Source: Mobula hypostoma
Lineage: Eukaryota
DNA length: 64,000 nucleotides
Direction: 5' to 3'
Assembly (NCBI RefSeq): GCF_963921235.1
Contig: NC_086097.1
Span: 22,632,001-22,696,000, forward strand
The notes beneath the pieces were generated by a model, which did no database searches, was not told the DNA's origin, and was given only the letters and a program-made list of their open reading frames with translations. Below are positions 38,020-51,054 of the stretch, piece after piece. The stretch's first letter is position 1. Each line of letters opens with the position of its first letter. The translations under genes were made by a program, and so were the position numbers.

Positions 38020-39585
38020 ATAGGCCTGCTAACCATCAATGGGAATGAGAGGAACAGACTGTGCAGGCAGATTGTAGAAAGTAGCGAGAACAATAGGCTA
38101 TCACAGTAAGGAATTATAACTTTCTGAATGTAAACTGGAACTGTACAAGTGCAAAGCACTTAGATGGGTTGAAATTTGTTCAGGAAAGTTTTCTTAGGCA
38201 ATACGTAAAAGACTCTACTAGGGGGAGGGCAAAGTATGTCCTGCTCTCAGAAAATAGGATTGAACCAGTGACTGAGGTGTCGGCAGGGAGCAGTCTGGGT
38301 CCAATTGACCATTGTTTTATTAGTGTTAAAATTGTTACTGAAAGGGACAGGTCTAGTCCACAGGTTTATGTTTTAAATTGGGACAAGGCAAGTTTTGACG
38401 ATATTAGACAGAATCTTGTGAAAGTTGTTTGGAGTATTTGTTTGTGGTCAAATGGGGACATCCAGCAAGTGGGGTCTTTACAAATGAGATAATGAGAGTT
38501 TGCAGCGGCATCTCCCTGTTAGAAGGAAGGGTAGGGGTGACAGGAGCAGGGAACACTAGATTGTGAGGGGTTTTGGGGCTCTGGTTGGGAAAAAGGAGGC
38601 TGCAGACAGCTAGGCTCAAGTGAACCCCTGAAGATGTGTGTGGATGCAAGTGCATACTTAAGAAAGAAGTCATGAAGGCACGAGGGATCATGAGAAGGTG
38701 AAGGAGAATCCAAAGAGGTTTAATAAGTATATTAAAGGAAACAGAGTAACTAAGGAGAGAACAATGACTAAAGTGGACACTAATGTGTGGTTGTGCAGGA
38801 GATGGGCATGGTCCTCAATGAATGTTTCTCCTCTGTTTTACTATGGAGAAAGACAAAGCACTGGGAACTTGAGATAACTGATGGGGGTATTTGGGGATAT
38901 TCTGCATTTCAACAAAGAAGGTACTGGTCATCTCAAAATGCATGAAAATAAAACTCCAGGCCTTGACTGGATATATCTAAAAACAGTGCGGATAGGGAGA
39001 AGATACTGTGGGAGTCCTGGCTGAGATATATGCATCATCGGTAGTGAATGCAGAGAGTGTAGAGAAGTCTTATAAACATGTTGCTTGGACTTGAGGGACC
39101 AAAGTTACAGAGAGAGTCGAGTGGGCTTGGACTTTATTCAGTGGAGTGTTGGAGAATGAGGGCAGATCTAATTGAGGACTATAAAATCGTGAAGGACGGA
39201 GTGTCAGAGAATGATGGGTGATTTTATCGAGGACTATAAAGTCATGAGGGACGTAGATAGAGTGAATGCACAGTCCTTTCCCCAGGGTTGTGAGTCCAGA
39301 ACTAGAGGAAATAAGTTAAAGATGAGAGGGGAGGCATTAAATAGAAATCTGAGGGGCAACATTTTCACCCAGAAAATGGTCTATACATAAATAAGTTGCC
39401 AGAGGAAGTGGCTGAGGAAGGTATATTTGTTAATTTAAAAGATGCTTGGACAGATACGTGGCGAGGAAAGGTTGGGAGCAGTATCCACTAAGCACAAGCA
39501 CATAGGATTAGTCTAAATGGCAGTTTCCATTAGCGTCGATCTGTTAGCATGAAGGGTCTGTTTCTGTGCTGTATGACTTTATATG
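38020..39585 (+). mobile_element. Old, deleted CR1 ORF2 and 3' end
   Basis: FVQESFLRQYV, VLNWDKASFD, LGLYSVE..RMRADLI remnants. Confidence 0.75.
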
Positions 39586-40194
39586 ACTGTACCTCTTCCT
39601 ATAGATGCTGCCTGACCTGCTGCGTTCCACCAGCATTTTGTGTGTGATGCTCCTATGAGTCAGTTTACAGAGAATCTAACTGAAAACTGAAATGAGCAGA
39701 AATTTCTTTTCTCGGACTGTAATGGACCTGGGGAACTTGAAGCCACAAAGGACTCGAGAGACCAAATACTTTGACAGAGGAGAAAGATAAGTTTCCAGAC
39801 ACACAGGGAGTACAGGGAGAGAGAGGGAATGTGATATTGATGTAGGTGATCAATCACGGTGGTATTGAATGGCGGAGGAAGCTTGACAGTCCAAATGGTT
39901 ATTCCTGTCCTGATTTTCTATATTTTTATTGCTCATCACAAAAACTATCAGAGCCAAAGGAGGATCCAGAAATAGCTTTTAGGTTATGGTTAGGTTAAAT
40001 GAGTGATAAGAATGTAGAAAATGGAAAGAAAATCGGAGGTCATCTGCTTTGACAGAAGAAAATGAAGAGCAACGGTTTTTTTTAAATGGTGTGAGGCTGA
40101 AAGTTGTGAGTGTACATTTGGACCTAGCTATTCTTGTACAGGTGCCACTGAAGAGTAAAGTACATTTACTGCAGATTGAAGATTTAAAAGAAGA

Positions 40195-40502
40195 TTAGCT
40201 TTATTACCCATTTGTATAACAAAGCATACAGTGAAATGCTTCAAATCAAATCAGCAAGGATTGTGCTGGGGCAGCCGTTAAGTGTCACTACACTTACAGC
40301 ACCAACATAGCGTGACCACAACTCTTACTAACCCTGACCTACACTTCTTTGGAATGATGGAGGGAACTGGGGCACTCGGAAGAAATACATGCAGGCATGG
40401 GGACAATGTACCAACTCCTTACAGATGGTGGCGGAAATTGAACCCAGATCGATGATCGCTGGTGCTGTAAAACGATGCGCTAACCACTGTGCTACCATGC
40501 CT
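40195..40502 (-). mobile_element. V-domain SINE
   Basis: Minus-strand head GGCATGGTAGCACAGTGGTTAGC, B box GGTTCAATTTCC. Confidence 0.8.
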
Positions 40503-41296
40503 CTTGCAATTAAAAAGGCAAGTGATACACATTTTGGGTCTCACTACAGAAGGGCTTGAGAACACGAGATTCTGCAGATGCTGGGTATCCAGCGTAACAC
40601 GCAGAAAATGCTGGAAGAATTTAGCAGGTCAGGCAGAGGAATAAAGAGCCGAGATTTTGAGTTGAGACCCCTCATAGTGTTGCCTAACCTACGGAGTTCC
40701 TCCAGCATTTTATGAGTAATTGAAGCCTGTTCTAATTATAATTGAACACTGGGTGAGATTGCACTGGGAACATTGTGTGCACATCTCTTAACACAAGAAA
40801 GATAAGTTTATAAAAGAAAGAATGATGGAGAAGATTCACCAGAACAATTCTTGAGAAGGGGAATTTGTCAGCTGAAGAAATTGGGCTTATACACTTTTGA
40901 GTTTATCAGTATGAGCTGTGATTATATTAAACATTTGGAATTTGATAAAGCAAGTGCAGTGTTGATTTTCACCTAGCTGGGGTGTCTTAAATGAGTGTCA
41001 GAAAGAGGGATTAACCATTCAGGAAAGAGATAAGAAAAAAATTCTTTACACAAGACAGTGAGAATGCACAAGAATAAAATAAATACACTTATAGTTATTT
41101 TTTAAAAGTTGGATTACTGCAGCAAAATGGCATTCTGGTAGAAGAAGGATATAGATCATTTACAGATAGGGGCAAAGATGTGGCAGGTTGAGTTTAATCC
41201 AGGGAAGTATGAACTATTTGCACTTTAGGAGGTCAAATGGAAGGAGAAAGTATATAGTTAACGGCACTTAATAGCGCTGAAAGTACAGAGAGATCT

Positions 41297-41710
41297 TGGT
41301 ACAGAGGAGATGTCGGGTAAGTTTTTTGAAAATGCAAAGAGTGGTGAGTGCGTGGAATGAGTTGCTGGCGGTGGTGGTGGAGGCGGAAACAATAGGGTCT
41401 TCTAAGAGACTCCTGGATGGCTACATGGAGCTTAGAAAAATAGAGGGCTCACTCTTCCTTCAGTTAGTCCTGACGAAGGATCTCGGCCTGAAACGTCGAC
41501 TGCGCCTCTTCCTATAGATGCTGCCTGGCCTGCTGCGTTCACTAGCAACTTTGATGTGTGTTGCTTGAATTTTCAGCATCTGCAGAATTCCTGTTGTTTG
41601 GGCTATGGGTAAAGCCTAGGTAGTTCTAAGGTAGGGACATGTTCGGCACAGCTTTCTGGGCCGAAGGGCCTGTATTGTGCTGTAGGTTTTCTATGTTTCT
41701 ATTTTCTATA
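41297..41710 (+). mobile_element. CR1 3' end carrying a 150-bp Penelope-type insert (41450-41599)
   Basis: Matches 5210-5454; insert flanked by GGGCT at 41445-41449 and 41600-41604. Confidence 0.88.
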
Positions 41711-42154
41711 ATAATAGAGAAAATAAACATGAATTCTTGTGCGGGAGAGGGATTTGGGGGTTGGTGATCATGCCATTCTTTTCTTTCTTAGTTTCACGGC
41801 TACCTGGAGAATTGAAGAATTTCACAGTTGTATACTTTGATAATAAATGAACCTTTGAATTACAGTGGAATATTTATAATGTTGTTAGTTTCTTCAGCCA
41901 ATAGGGGTGGGACGTGGATATATATAAATATATAAAATAAGTAGTGCAAAAGTAGAAATTTTAAAAAGTGGTGTGGTAGTGTTCATGGATTCAATGTCCG
42001 TTCAGAAATCAGAAGGCAGAGGGAAAGATGCTGTTCCTGAATCGCTGAGTGTATACCTTCAGGCTCCTGTCCCTCCTTCCTGATGGTGGCAATGAGAACA
42101 AGGCATGTCCTGGGCGATGAGGGTCCTTAATGATGGATGCCATCATTTTGAAGT

Positions 42155-42355
42155 ATCAGTCCTCGAAGATGTCCTGGTTGCTCCTCAAGTCACAGAAAGT
42201 TGTGAACATTCTGTTTCTTCCTCCACAGAACGCTGTCTGACCTGCCAAGTGTTTTTGGCAATTTCTTTTTTTTAATTTCACATTTCCAGCATCTGCAATT
42301 TTTTTTTTGAGTTTTAGGCTAAAAGAGATCTTGGGTTCCTGGCCAGTTTCTTCAT
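42155..42355 (+). repeat. About 200-bp direct duplication, partner at 34049-34249
   Basis: Near-identical sequence. Confidence 0.95.
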
Positions 42356-42394
42356 GTTTGCTTTATGTTTGCAAGTACTTGATGTATGAATGAG

Positions 42395-42670
42395 GACACG
42401 GTAGTTTAATGGTCAGCGTAATGCTTTACAGCGCCTGTCTTCAGGGTTTAATTCCTGCCGCTGTCTGTGGGGGAGTTTGCATATTCCCCCTGTGACTGCG
42501 TCAGTTTCTTCTGCGTGCTCCAGTTTCCTCCCACATTCCAAAGTTGTACAGATAAAGCAGTAAGTCTTGGGCCTGCTGTATTTGTGATAGGCGCACAGTG
42601 ACACTTGCCGACTGCCTCAGACTGTGTTGGTTCCTGGTGCAAATAATGCATTTCGCTGTGACAAAGATCT
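42395..42670 (+). mobile_element. V-domain SINE
   Basis: GGAGTTTGCATATTCCCCCTGTGACTGCGT...TTTCCTCCCACATTCCAAAG core. Confidence 0.8.
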
Positions 42671-42789
42671 TTAATCTTTGAATATGCTGTCATTCATTGT
42701 CATCCTAGTCTTCTCCCTCAAAACTTCAATACATTGCTCCTCCTTTTAAGACTGACTTTAAAACATTTCTTCGATTGAGCTTTTTGATA

Positions 42790-43624
42790 TAGTGGATTCC
42801 AGTTATTTGGGACCCATTGTGAAGCATACATTTTGACCCAATTAACCGGCTGCTCAATTAGCCAAAGTTTCATGGAAATAGTTAAAAGGGTATTAAAAAA
42901 AGAGAAGCTATTGTTTAACTGAGTAACAATTTATGTATTTAAATGAAATACAGAACAAATTATAACACTATAATTACTACTATAGTACTATAAACTGTGT
43001 ATTATTTCTTAATAGTTATCAACGGAGGAATTAAACCAGTGTACACTGCTGGGTTCTTTTGATTGACTGTAAATGAACAAAATCAGCCAGATACCTAGTG
43101 TAGGTAATGGATTTGCTTCATACAATGCTTTCGACAATTGCTCCTTCCAAATCTTCATTTTCATTGTAACTTTCAAGATGATTGTCGATACCTTCAAATT
43201 CTTCAAAGTTCCTAACTCTTTGAAGTAGTGAAGTTGTTTCATTTTCACCCCTGGCTGTTTCTAGAATATTCAAGCCTGAATGCTTAGAACCGCAGTGAAC
43301 AAGACAGTTCTGTATTGCCTTACTGCTTACTTCTCGCCAACTATCAGTGACAAAAATCACTGCTTTTTGAATCGAGACACTTGCCAATGATGCCATTTAA
43401 AAACTGTTCACTCTAAGCACAATGTACTGTCTAATGGCCACACAGAGTATGCGAATGATGGTAGGGTTAGAAACTATCGGCAACAGTCCCCGACCCAGTT
43501 AAGTGGCATAGTGTCCCAGATTAATGAAGGGAATCCCAGCTCGATTAGTTTTATTTCTTTAAGAATTGTCCCAAATAAGTGGCTGCCCTGATTAACCGAT
43601 GGCCCAATTAACTGGAATCCACTA
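42790..43624 (-). mobile_element. Non-autonomous pogo/Tigger element
   Basis: TA on both sides; TIRs TAGTGGATTCCAGTTATTTGGG / CCCAATTAACTGGAATCCACTA; AVIFVTDSWREVSSKAIQNC transposase C-terminal remnant; partial copy at about 58920-59145. Confidence 0.88.
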
Positions 43625-44329
43625 TATTTCTCGGATTCATGTCAATTGTGTCATTATGTCACTTCTGAATCATCTTGGGGTGCTTTAAAGATATATTTGC
43701 TGTTTTCTTCTGCATTTGAAGGAAGAATTTTTTGGCTGTAAAGTGCCTTACACATTCTGAAAGAGATATAAGAGAGCTGTAGAAATGCCCATAGTCCATC
43801 TTCTCAAATATGGTTGGATTCCCTTGGGTAAGGGCACACCATGCAAATGATCTTAAGTTGTGTGGAAGTGGCACGGGGCAGTCTCTGTCCAAATCTGAAT
43901 ATTGTAATTTGCAATTTCTTTGCACTTACATAGATTTTGTATGATTAGTTCGTTTGTGACGAGGCATGGCAAGCAAGGTCTGCATTTATTGCATAGAGCT
44001 AATTGGTCTTGACCTGAAAGATTTCCAGAGTCATTTCAGAGGGAACTGACTGCCAACCATGGCCGATGTGGTCTGTGATCAAATATTGGACAGGCCATGC
44101 AGGGACAACAGATTTTCTTCTTAATTAGGTATTTTTGAATCAAATTGAATATCGAGCAGAACAGCAGAGGACAGGCCCTTGAACAGACATTGGGTACAGT
44201 GATGCCAATCTACGTAACTAATCGCCCTGCCTGCACATGGTGCATATCCCTCTATATTCATGTGTCTGTCTAAGTGTCTGTTATATGTTCAGAATCAGAA
44301 TTAGGTTTATTACCAGTGACATACATCCC

Positions 44330-44805
44330 TGTGCAAAAGTCATAGGCACATATATATATATATATATATATATAGCTGGCGTGCCTGGGACTTTTGCACA
44401 GTACTGTCATAATTTTATGCATCGCACTGTATGTGGGTCTGTATTGTGGACTAAGACTGGGAAGGAGACAGCGAGAGGGGAATCATGGTTGGGGAAAAAG
44501 GGTTGGGAGAAAGATAGAAGGAAGCACTGGAGAGATATTCTGTAATGATCAATAAAGTAATTTTTTTAGAATCAAATGCCCTTGCCTGGTGTCTCAGGGC
44601 TGGATTTGTCTGCACTCACACCAGCCCCCACCCCTGGCACTCCCGCACCCCTCCCATGATGCTCCACCCTCACCATTCCCAAATACCTTTGCTCTTGCCA
44701 GATTTACAAACTCGTTCCCTGATCTACACTGACAAATACAGTACTGTGCAAAACGTTTAGGCATCCTAGCTATATACATGTGTCTAAGACTTTTGCACAG
44801 CACTG
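44330..44805. mobile_element. MITE-like unit bounded by two inverted, self-palindromic ~70-bp modules
   Basis: CTGTGCAAAAGTC...GACTTTTGCACAGTACTG at 44330-44406 and its reverse complement at 44739-44805. Confidence 0.7.
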
Positions 44806-44822
44806 CATGTGGTGAAACTTGT

Positions 44823-45092
44823 GGGCACGTGGCCAAGTCGTTAAGGCATTGGACTAGCGACCTGAAGGTCGTGAGTTCGAGCCCCAGTCGAGGCAATGTT
44901 GTGTCCTTAATCACACTGGTGCCAAGCTGTATGGGTCCTAATGCCCTTCCCTTGGACAGCATTGGTATCGTGGACAGGGGAGACTTGCAGCATGGGCAAC
45001 TGCTGGTCTTCCATACAACCTTGCCTAGGCCTGCGCCCTGGAGAGTGAAGACTTTCACAGATCTATGGTCTCGCAAGATTAACAGATGCCTT
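44823..45092 (+). mobile_element. tRNA-derived CORE-like SINE (copy 2 of 3)
   Basis: Homologous to 11123-11425; B box AGTTCGAGCC. Confidence 0.9.
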
Positions 45093-45554
45093 TATTGTGC
45101 AATACATAAAAAATGACTACAATAAGAAAAAGTATAAACAAATAAGTTTCTGCAAAAAGAGAGGAAAAAGTCAGGTAGTGTTCAGGGTAGATTCAGGAAT
45201 CTGATGACAGAAGGGAAGAAGCTGTTCCAAAAATGCTGAGTGTGTGCATGCCCTCCTCCGTGATGGTGGCGTTGAGAAGAGAGTTGCAGTCGTATCTGCT
45301 TCTACACCTACCATTGTAGTGCAATTCAAGCAGCTACCAGTCACTGTTGTCTTGGCTTGCTGATCAACTTTGCATTCACTCACCAGTATTTGGCATTTCC
45401 ACACTGAGAGGAAAAACTCTGACTCTCCACCCTAATAATGCCTTTCAAAATTGTACTTACCCCAGTCAGGTCGTCACCCCCACTCTCCGAAGCTCCAGAA
45501 AAACATACACGTTTGTTCAACCTCTCTTTATTGCTGATAAACTTCCGTCCATGA

Positions 45555-45856
45555 GTCATGGTAGTGTAGTGGTACCATGACTACCATGGTAGTGAGGTTG
45601 CTACAGAATTTGGAGTTCAGTTCCAATGCCTTCTGTAAGGAGTTTGTACGCCCTTCCCATAAGTGTGGGGGTTTCCCCGGGTGCTCCAGTTCCCTCCCAC
45701 ATCCCAAAGATGCACTGGTTAGTAGGTTAATTGGTCATTCTAAATTGTTCCGTGATTAGGTTAGGGGTTAGGGTTCAGTAGGTGGGTTGCTGGGCAGTGT
45801 GGCTTGTTGTGCCAGAAGGGCCTGGCCTGTACTGCATCTCTAAATAAATAAATAAA
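45555..45856 (+). mobile_element. V-domain (HE1-like) SINE
   Basis: V core plus CR1-like tail and (TAAA)n; related copies at 46580-46826 and 47805-47965. Confidence 0.75.
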
Positions 45857-48800
45857 CATCTTGGGAAACCTCTTCTGTACCCTCTCCAAAGCTTCGGCGT
45901 CCTTCCTATAGCGCAGCAACCAAACTTTGACACAATATTTCAAGTGTGGCCTAAAATTTGATCTAACTTCAATTTGACTTCCTTACTCCTATTCTCAATG
46001 TCCTGATCCATGAGGGCAAGCAAACTATGCCTACTTCACCTCTTTATCTGGCTGCTTTATTTCCAGGGATCCGTTGACTTAGACCCCAGATCCTTCTGTA
46101 CATCAGTGTTCTTCTGGGTCCTGCAAATTCGCTTTGCTTGAATCATGTCACGCAGAACTATTTCAACATGATGAAGCTCAGAGAACTGAAGATATTTTGC
46201 TGGGGGAAATAATGGCCCAGATGCCTACTTTTCTTATTACTTTTAAATGAATTCATAGCAGAACACAAAATTCTGGAGGAACTCAGCAGGTCAAACAGTA
46301 TCTATGGAAGATAATAAACAGCTGACATTGTGGGCCAACACCCCTCATCAGGACTAATGATTCTAGCCCCTAAACGTCAACTGTTTATTCCCCTCCATAG
46401 ATGCTGCCTGGCCTGCTGAGCTCCTCCAGCATTTTGTGTGTATTGCTCCGGATTTTCAGCGCCTGCAGAATCTCTTGTGTTTTAATTCATAGCAACGCTG
46501 CCTCGATCAGTGTCTATAGTGTCTATTCACAGTTTAGATACATCTATTCTGTCGCTAAGTGTTAAGGCAAGCTAACCTGGGCGCACAGTAATATAGTGGT
46601 CCGTGCAACACTATTGCAGGTCAGGCATCGGAGTTCAGAGGTCATTTCTGGTGCCATCCGTGAGGAGCTTGTACGTTCACCCTGTGACCTCATGGATTTC
46701 CTCCGAGTGCTCTGGTTTCCTCCCACAGTCATTAGTAGGTTAATTGGTCATTGTAAATTGTCCGGTGATTAAGCTCGTTAGGCTGAAAAGATCTTGGTTT
46801 GTACTGTCTCTCAAAATAAATAAATAAGCATTGAGCTTGATATTTTCATATGTTCCACATTACATATTAACTGCCATCTGTAATTGTCAGCTCCACAAGC
46901 AATGACAATATTTAGTCAATTGCAGTCCAAGCCAAATGAAGCTGTTTTAAACAAACTGCAATTTATATTCACTGTTGCTTTATTTATGTTGCCCTTGTCT
47001 GATTGCCTGGGTAGTATTTCCCAGAGCTGGGTTTGACTTTATGCTTCAAGAGCAAGACTCATCCCTTTAGTACTGGCTATAAATGAGTAATGCTGTGAAC
47101 TTGGGTCACGTCCATTATACCCATGCATGCAGGGCCGTACAGCAAAATGGATCACAGCTTCAGATGCTTGTGGCACTGAATTAGTAGCAAATCATAAATA
47201 AAAGAGGTTCTGTAGGTGCTGGAAATCCTGAGCAACACACACACACAAAATCCTGATGAAGTGTCTTGGCCTGAAATGTCAACTGTTCTGCATCTTTTTG
47301 GAGCACCAGGAATTCCATTTCAAAGTTCAAAGTAAACTTATTCTCAAAGTACATATGTCACCAAAAACAACCCTGAGATCCATTTTCTTGCAGGCATTCA
47401 CAGTAGAACAAAGAAATACAATAGAATCAATAAAGTGGGGGAGTGGGGGGATTTCCGGGCTTCGATGCTTTTGTCATTCATTCTTTGGGGTTCTTGTTTC
47501 GTGGATGTCTGTGAAGAGTACGAATTTCAGATTGTATACTGTACGCATTCTCTGATATTAAATACCAAGCCATCAGGTTGATCAACACCTCCACCCATTA
47601 ACCCACTCCACCACCCCCATCAGAACTACATACACATCACCTAGCGTCACTTTATGCACATAGAGTCTATCTATGTACATAAGTTACTTGAACCCTGTGC
47701 TTTATATTATTATTTTTATATTTAGATTTATTGTCTTTTTATTGTATTATTTATATTTACTGTGCTTTATTATGCTGCATTGGTTCCAGAATAACAATCA
47801 TTTCGGGTGGCTTGGTTTCCTCCCACAGTCCAAAGGCGTACCGGTTGATAGGTTAATTGGTCATTGTAATTTGTGCCATGATTATGCTAGGATTAACTTG
47901 GGGGAATTGCTAGGCAGCCTGGCTCAAAGGACCAGAAGGGTCTGTTCTGTGTTGTATCTCAATAAAAGTAAATCAAGTCATTTTGTTCTCCTTCACGCTC
48001 GTGTACTGAAGAACGACAATAAGCAATCTTCAGTGTCGAGTCTTGAATAGATGCAGCCTGACTTGCTGAGTTCCTCCAGCATTTTATGTGTGTTAGTATC
48101 TATGTTTAATAGGTTCACACAATCACACAATCACAAACAAGAGAAAATCTGCAGATGCTGGAAATCAAAGTAATACACACGTAATACACAAGTAATAGAT
48201 GCTGGAGGAACTCAGCAGGCCAGGCAGCATCAACGGAAAAGAATAAACAGTTGATGTTTTGGGCCTGATGAAGGGTCTTGGCCTGAATTGTTGGCTGTAT
48301 ATTTTTTTCCATAGATGGTGCCTGGCCTGCTGAGTTTCTCCAGCATTTTGTGAGTTCACAGAATATTAGGTTCATGTCCTCTTTGCACTTCCTTATCCCA
48401 CCCCTCATTTTTAAGTTTGAATAAAAGAATCTTATTTTCTTGATCAACATAATGTTGCTTAAAATGCTTTACCCACTCTGCGTTGTGGTTAGCGTAGATG
48501 ACAGGCGAAGAATACAGCGGGTTATAAGTCAGTTGCTGGTATGGGCAGAGAAATGGCAGATGGAGTTTATTTCAGCCAAATATGAAGTGTTACACTCATG
48601 TTGATGAGCAGAGGAATCTTGGGGTCAAAGTTCATTGCTCCCTGAATGTAGATTCATAGATTGTTAGGTTGGTTAAGAAGGCATTGAGTTCAAATATTAG
48701 GAAGTTATATTACAGCTTTATAAAACTCCTGTTAAATGGCACCTGGAGTATTTCATAAAGTTCTAGTTGCCCCATTATAGGAAGAATGTTAAGCCTTTGG

Positions 48801-49102
48801 AGAGGGTGCAGAAGAGCTTTACCAGGACGCTGACTGGATTAGAGGCCATGCAATATAATGAGAGGTTGAGCAAACTTGGGTTTTTTACTCTGGAATGGTT
48901 TTAGGGACCTTCAGTTGACATTCAGATCGGCACATGAATGTGAGGAAAATTGAAGGATATGGACATTTAGTTTAGTTGACCATTTAATCACTAATTTATT
49001 TAGTTCAGTACAGCAAAGGGCCTGTTCCTGTGCTGTACTGTTCTATGTTCTACCATGTTGTTTAGATCTGAAGATTTGGAAAATTATTGCAGGATCATAT
49101 AA

Positions 49103-50010
49103 ATTTAAAGTACGTTTATTATCAAAGCACACATGCAGTCTACAACCCTGAGATTCATCTTCCCTCAGACAGCCATGAAACAAAGAAATACCATGGAACC
49201 TGTTCAAAGAAAAACATTAAACCCCCAACGCACAAAAACATACAAATTGCACAAACTGCAAAAAAATGAGCAAAAAATACAGAATGTAAAACATCAAACC
49301 ACAAAGTCATCAAAACAGTCCAGGAATATTCCATTTTTGCTCAGTTCAGTTTAAGCTAGCTCTGTGTCGTTCAACAGCTACAGGCCACAGAGCCAGTTTG
49401 CCCCAATGAAAATTGCACAAAATAGCAACAAAAATCGAGTGACCAGAAACTAGAAACACATCATAACGTGAATTACAGAGTCCAATCTGCAAACTGCTTT
49501 CATTAAACCTTGCCCAAGGCCCAAGACTCTGGCACCATCCTCCAGTAGCAGTGAACGAGAGGAAAAGAGAGACCAATTGAAAACAGACACCTTCTTCTGG
49601 GAGCAGTGAACGAGAGGGAGGGAGACACCGTCACATGCAGACACCTTCCTCCGGCTGCGGCGAGTGAGAGGGAGAGAGACAGACGGGTCAAACAGAGACA
49701 GACAAAGCTGAACACCCACTTGCCTTCTGTTAACATTCTCATTGATTTCAATCTTATTTAACACATTAATCAGTGAGATTGGCGAGAAATAGGGACAAGC
49801 GTGGGCTTGCACCCCAGTTCCAGTTTCCTTGGCCTCCAGGCTGTACACTTCGCTCGAAACCTCACTGAATCCCTCGAAGGCAGCAAACTGCTCAATCATC
49901 CCAAAAACACACACCATCAAATTGTAGGTCAGAGGCTCTAATAGTATGAGAATCATATTTGAAAGAAGAAATAAAAGAAGTGAAAGAAATAGTTTAATCA
50001 GTTTCTGAAG
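49103..50010 (-). mobile_element. Non-coding interspersed repeat (probable non-autonomous retroelement)
   Basis: Minus-strand GATAATAAAC tail; partial related copy at 56520-56810; internal CAGTGAACGAGAGG repeats. Confidence 0.55.
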
Positions 50011-50354
50011 GTGCATTCTGTGCTTAAAACTTGCAAGTTCCTTATTCTAACATCCAATGAGTTATGCTAGTGCCAGAAGAAATGTGAACACAAAAATAAA
50101 GCTGCAGATTATGGAGATCTGAAGTTAAAAATAGAATTTCCGTTTGAAGCCCCTTCATCGGATTTGGGGAGGAGACATTCCCTGTGTCTCCATAACTATT
50201 CTGATAAACAGATGTTGGCCTGAAGTATTAATTTTGTTTCTCTCCCTGCAGACTCAGCCAGGTCTGCAATGCATTTCCCATGCTTTCTACTTGAAGAAAT
50301 GTTGCAGTTTACCTGTTTGAAACTTGAGGAAAGGAAACTTACTCAGAAAGAATG

Positions 50355-50632
50355 ATAAGCTTTATTTGTCAAAATCTATAGTGAAGTGTATCGTTTGCAT
50401 CAAATCAAATCAGTGAGGGTTGTGCCGAGGAAAGCCCACAGGTGTCACCACACTTCCGGCGCCAACATAGCAGAACCACAACTCACTAGCCCTGAAAGTA
50501 CGTCTTTGGAAGGTGGGAGGAAACTGGAGCTTGTGAGGAAACTCATAGTCACGAAGAGGACTTACAGGGTAGCGGCAGGAATTGAACCGCAGTCCAAGTA
50601 ATAGCGTTACACTAACCACTGTGCTATCACGC
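50355..50632 (-). mobile_element. V-domain SINE
   Basis: Minus-strand A box TAGCACAGTGG, B box GGTTCAATTCC. Confidence 0.78.
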
Positions 50633-50799
50633 TGCTCTCATATCTGCTTTGCACTGATAAGATTTATTTTTTGATGTCTAAAGCAGAAATTCTGTTTATA
50701 GATTTTATTTCCATCCCCCTCTGCATTAGTTTATCCCATGCCATCACATGTCCATGAGAGAGTTATTCAAGTGGCATTTTTGCAGTGATTAATTTTATT

Positions 50800-50914
50800 G
50801 AAAAACATCAAACCCCCAATGCGCAAAAACATACAAATTGCACAAACTGCAAAAAAATGTGCAAAAAACACAGAGTGTTAAACATTAAACCACAAAGTCA
50901 TCAAAACAGTCCAG
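50800..50914 (+). repeat. 115-bp direct duplication of 49209-49323
   Basis: Same length, colinear, few substitutions. Confidence 0.9.
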
Positions 50915-51054
50915 TCAAATACTTCATCAGATATCTGGCAATTTGAATACATTTTTCATCATGGCTTGTTCACGAACTTCTAACCTCCCAGAGTACTGAA
51001 AATCTTAGATTAAGAATGCAGCACTGGTAGCAGTTAACGATCAACAAGGAATTT

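Noticed and set aside
43721..43826. Exon candidate with good splice signals (similarly 25932-26020 and 55633-55664)
   Set aside because: Stop codons in all three frames; could only be non-coding, and there is no evidence for that
45755..45775. Interstitial telomeric repeat (TTAGG/TTAGGG-like)
   Set aside because: Only two or three imperfect units inside a SINE
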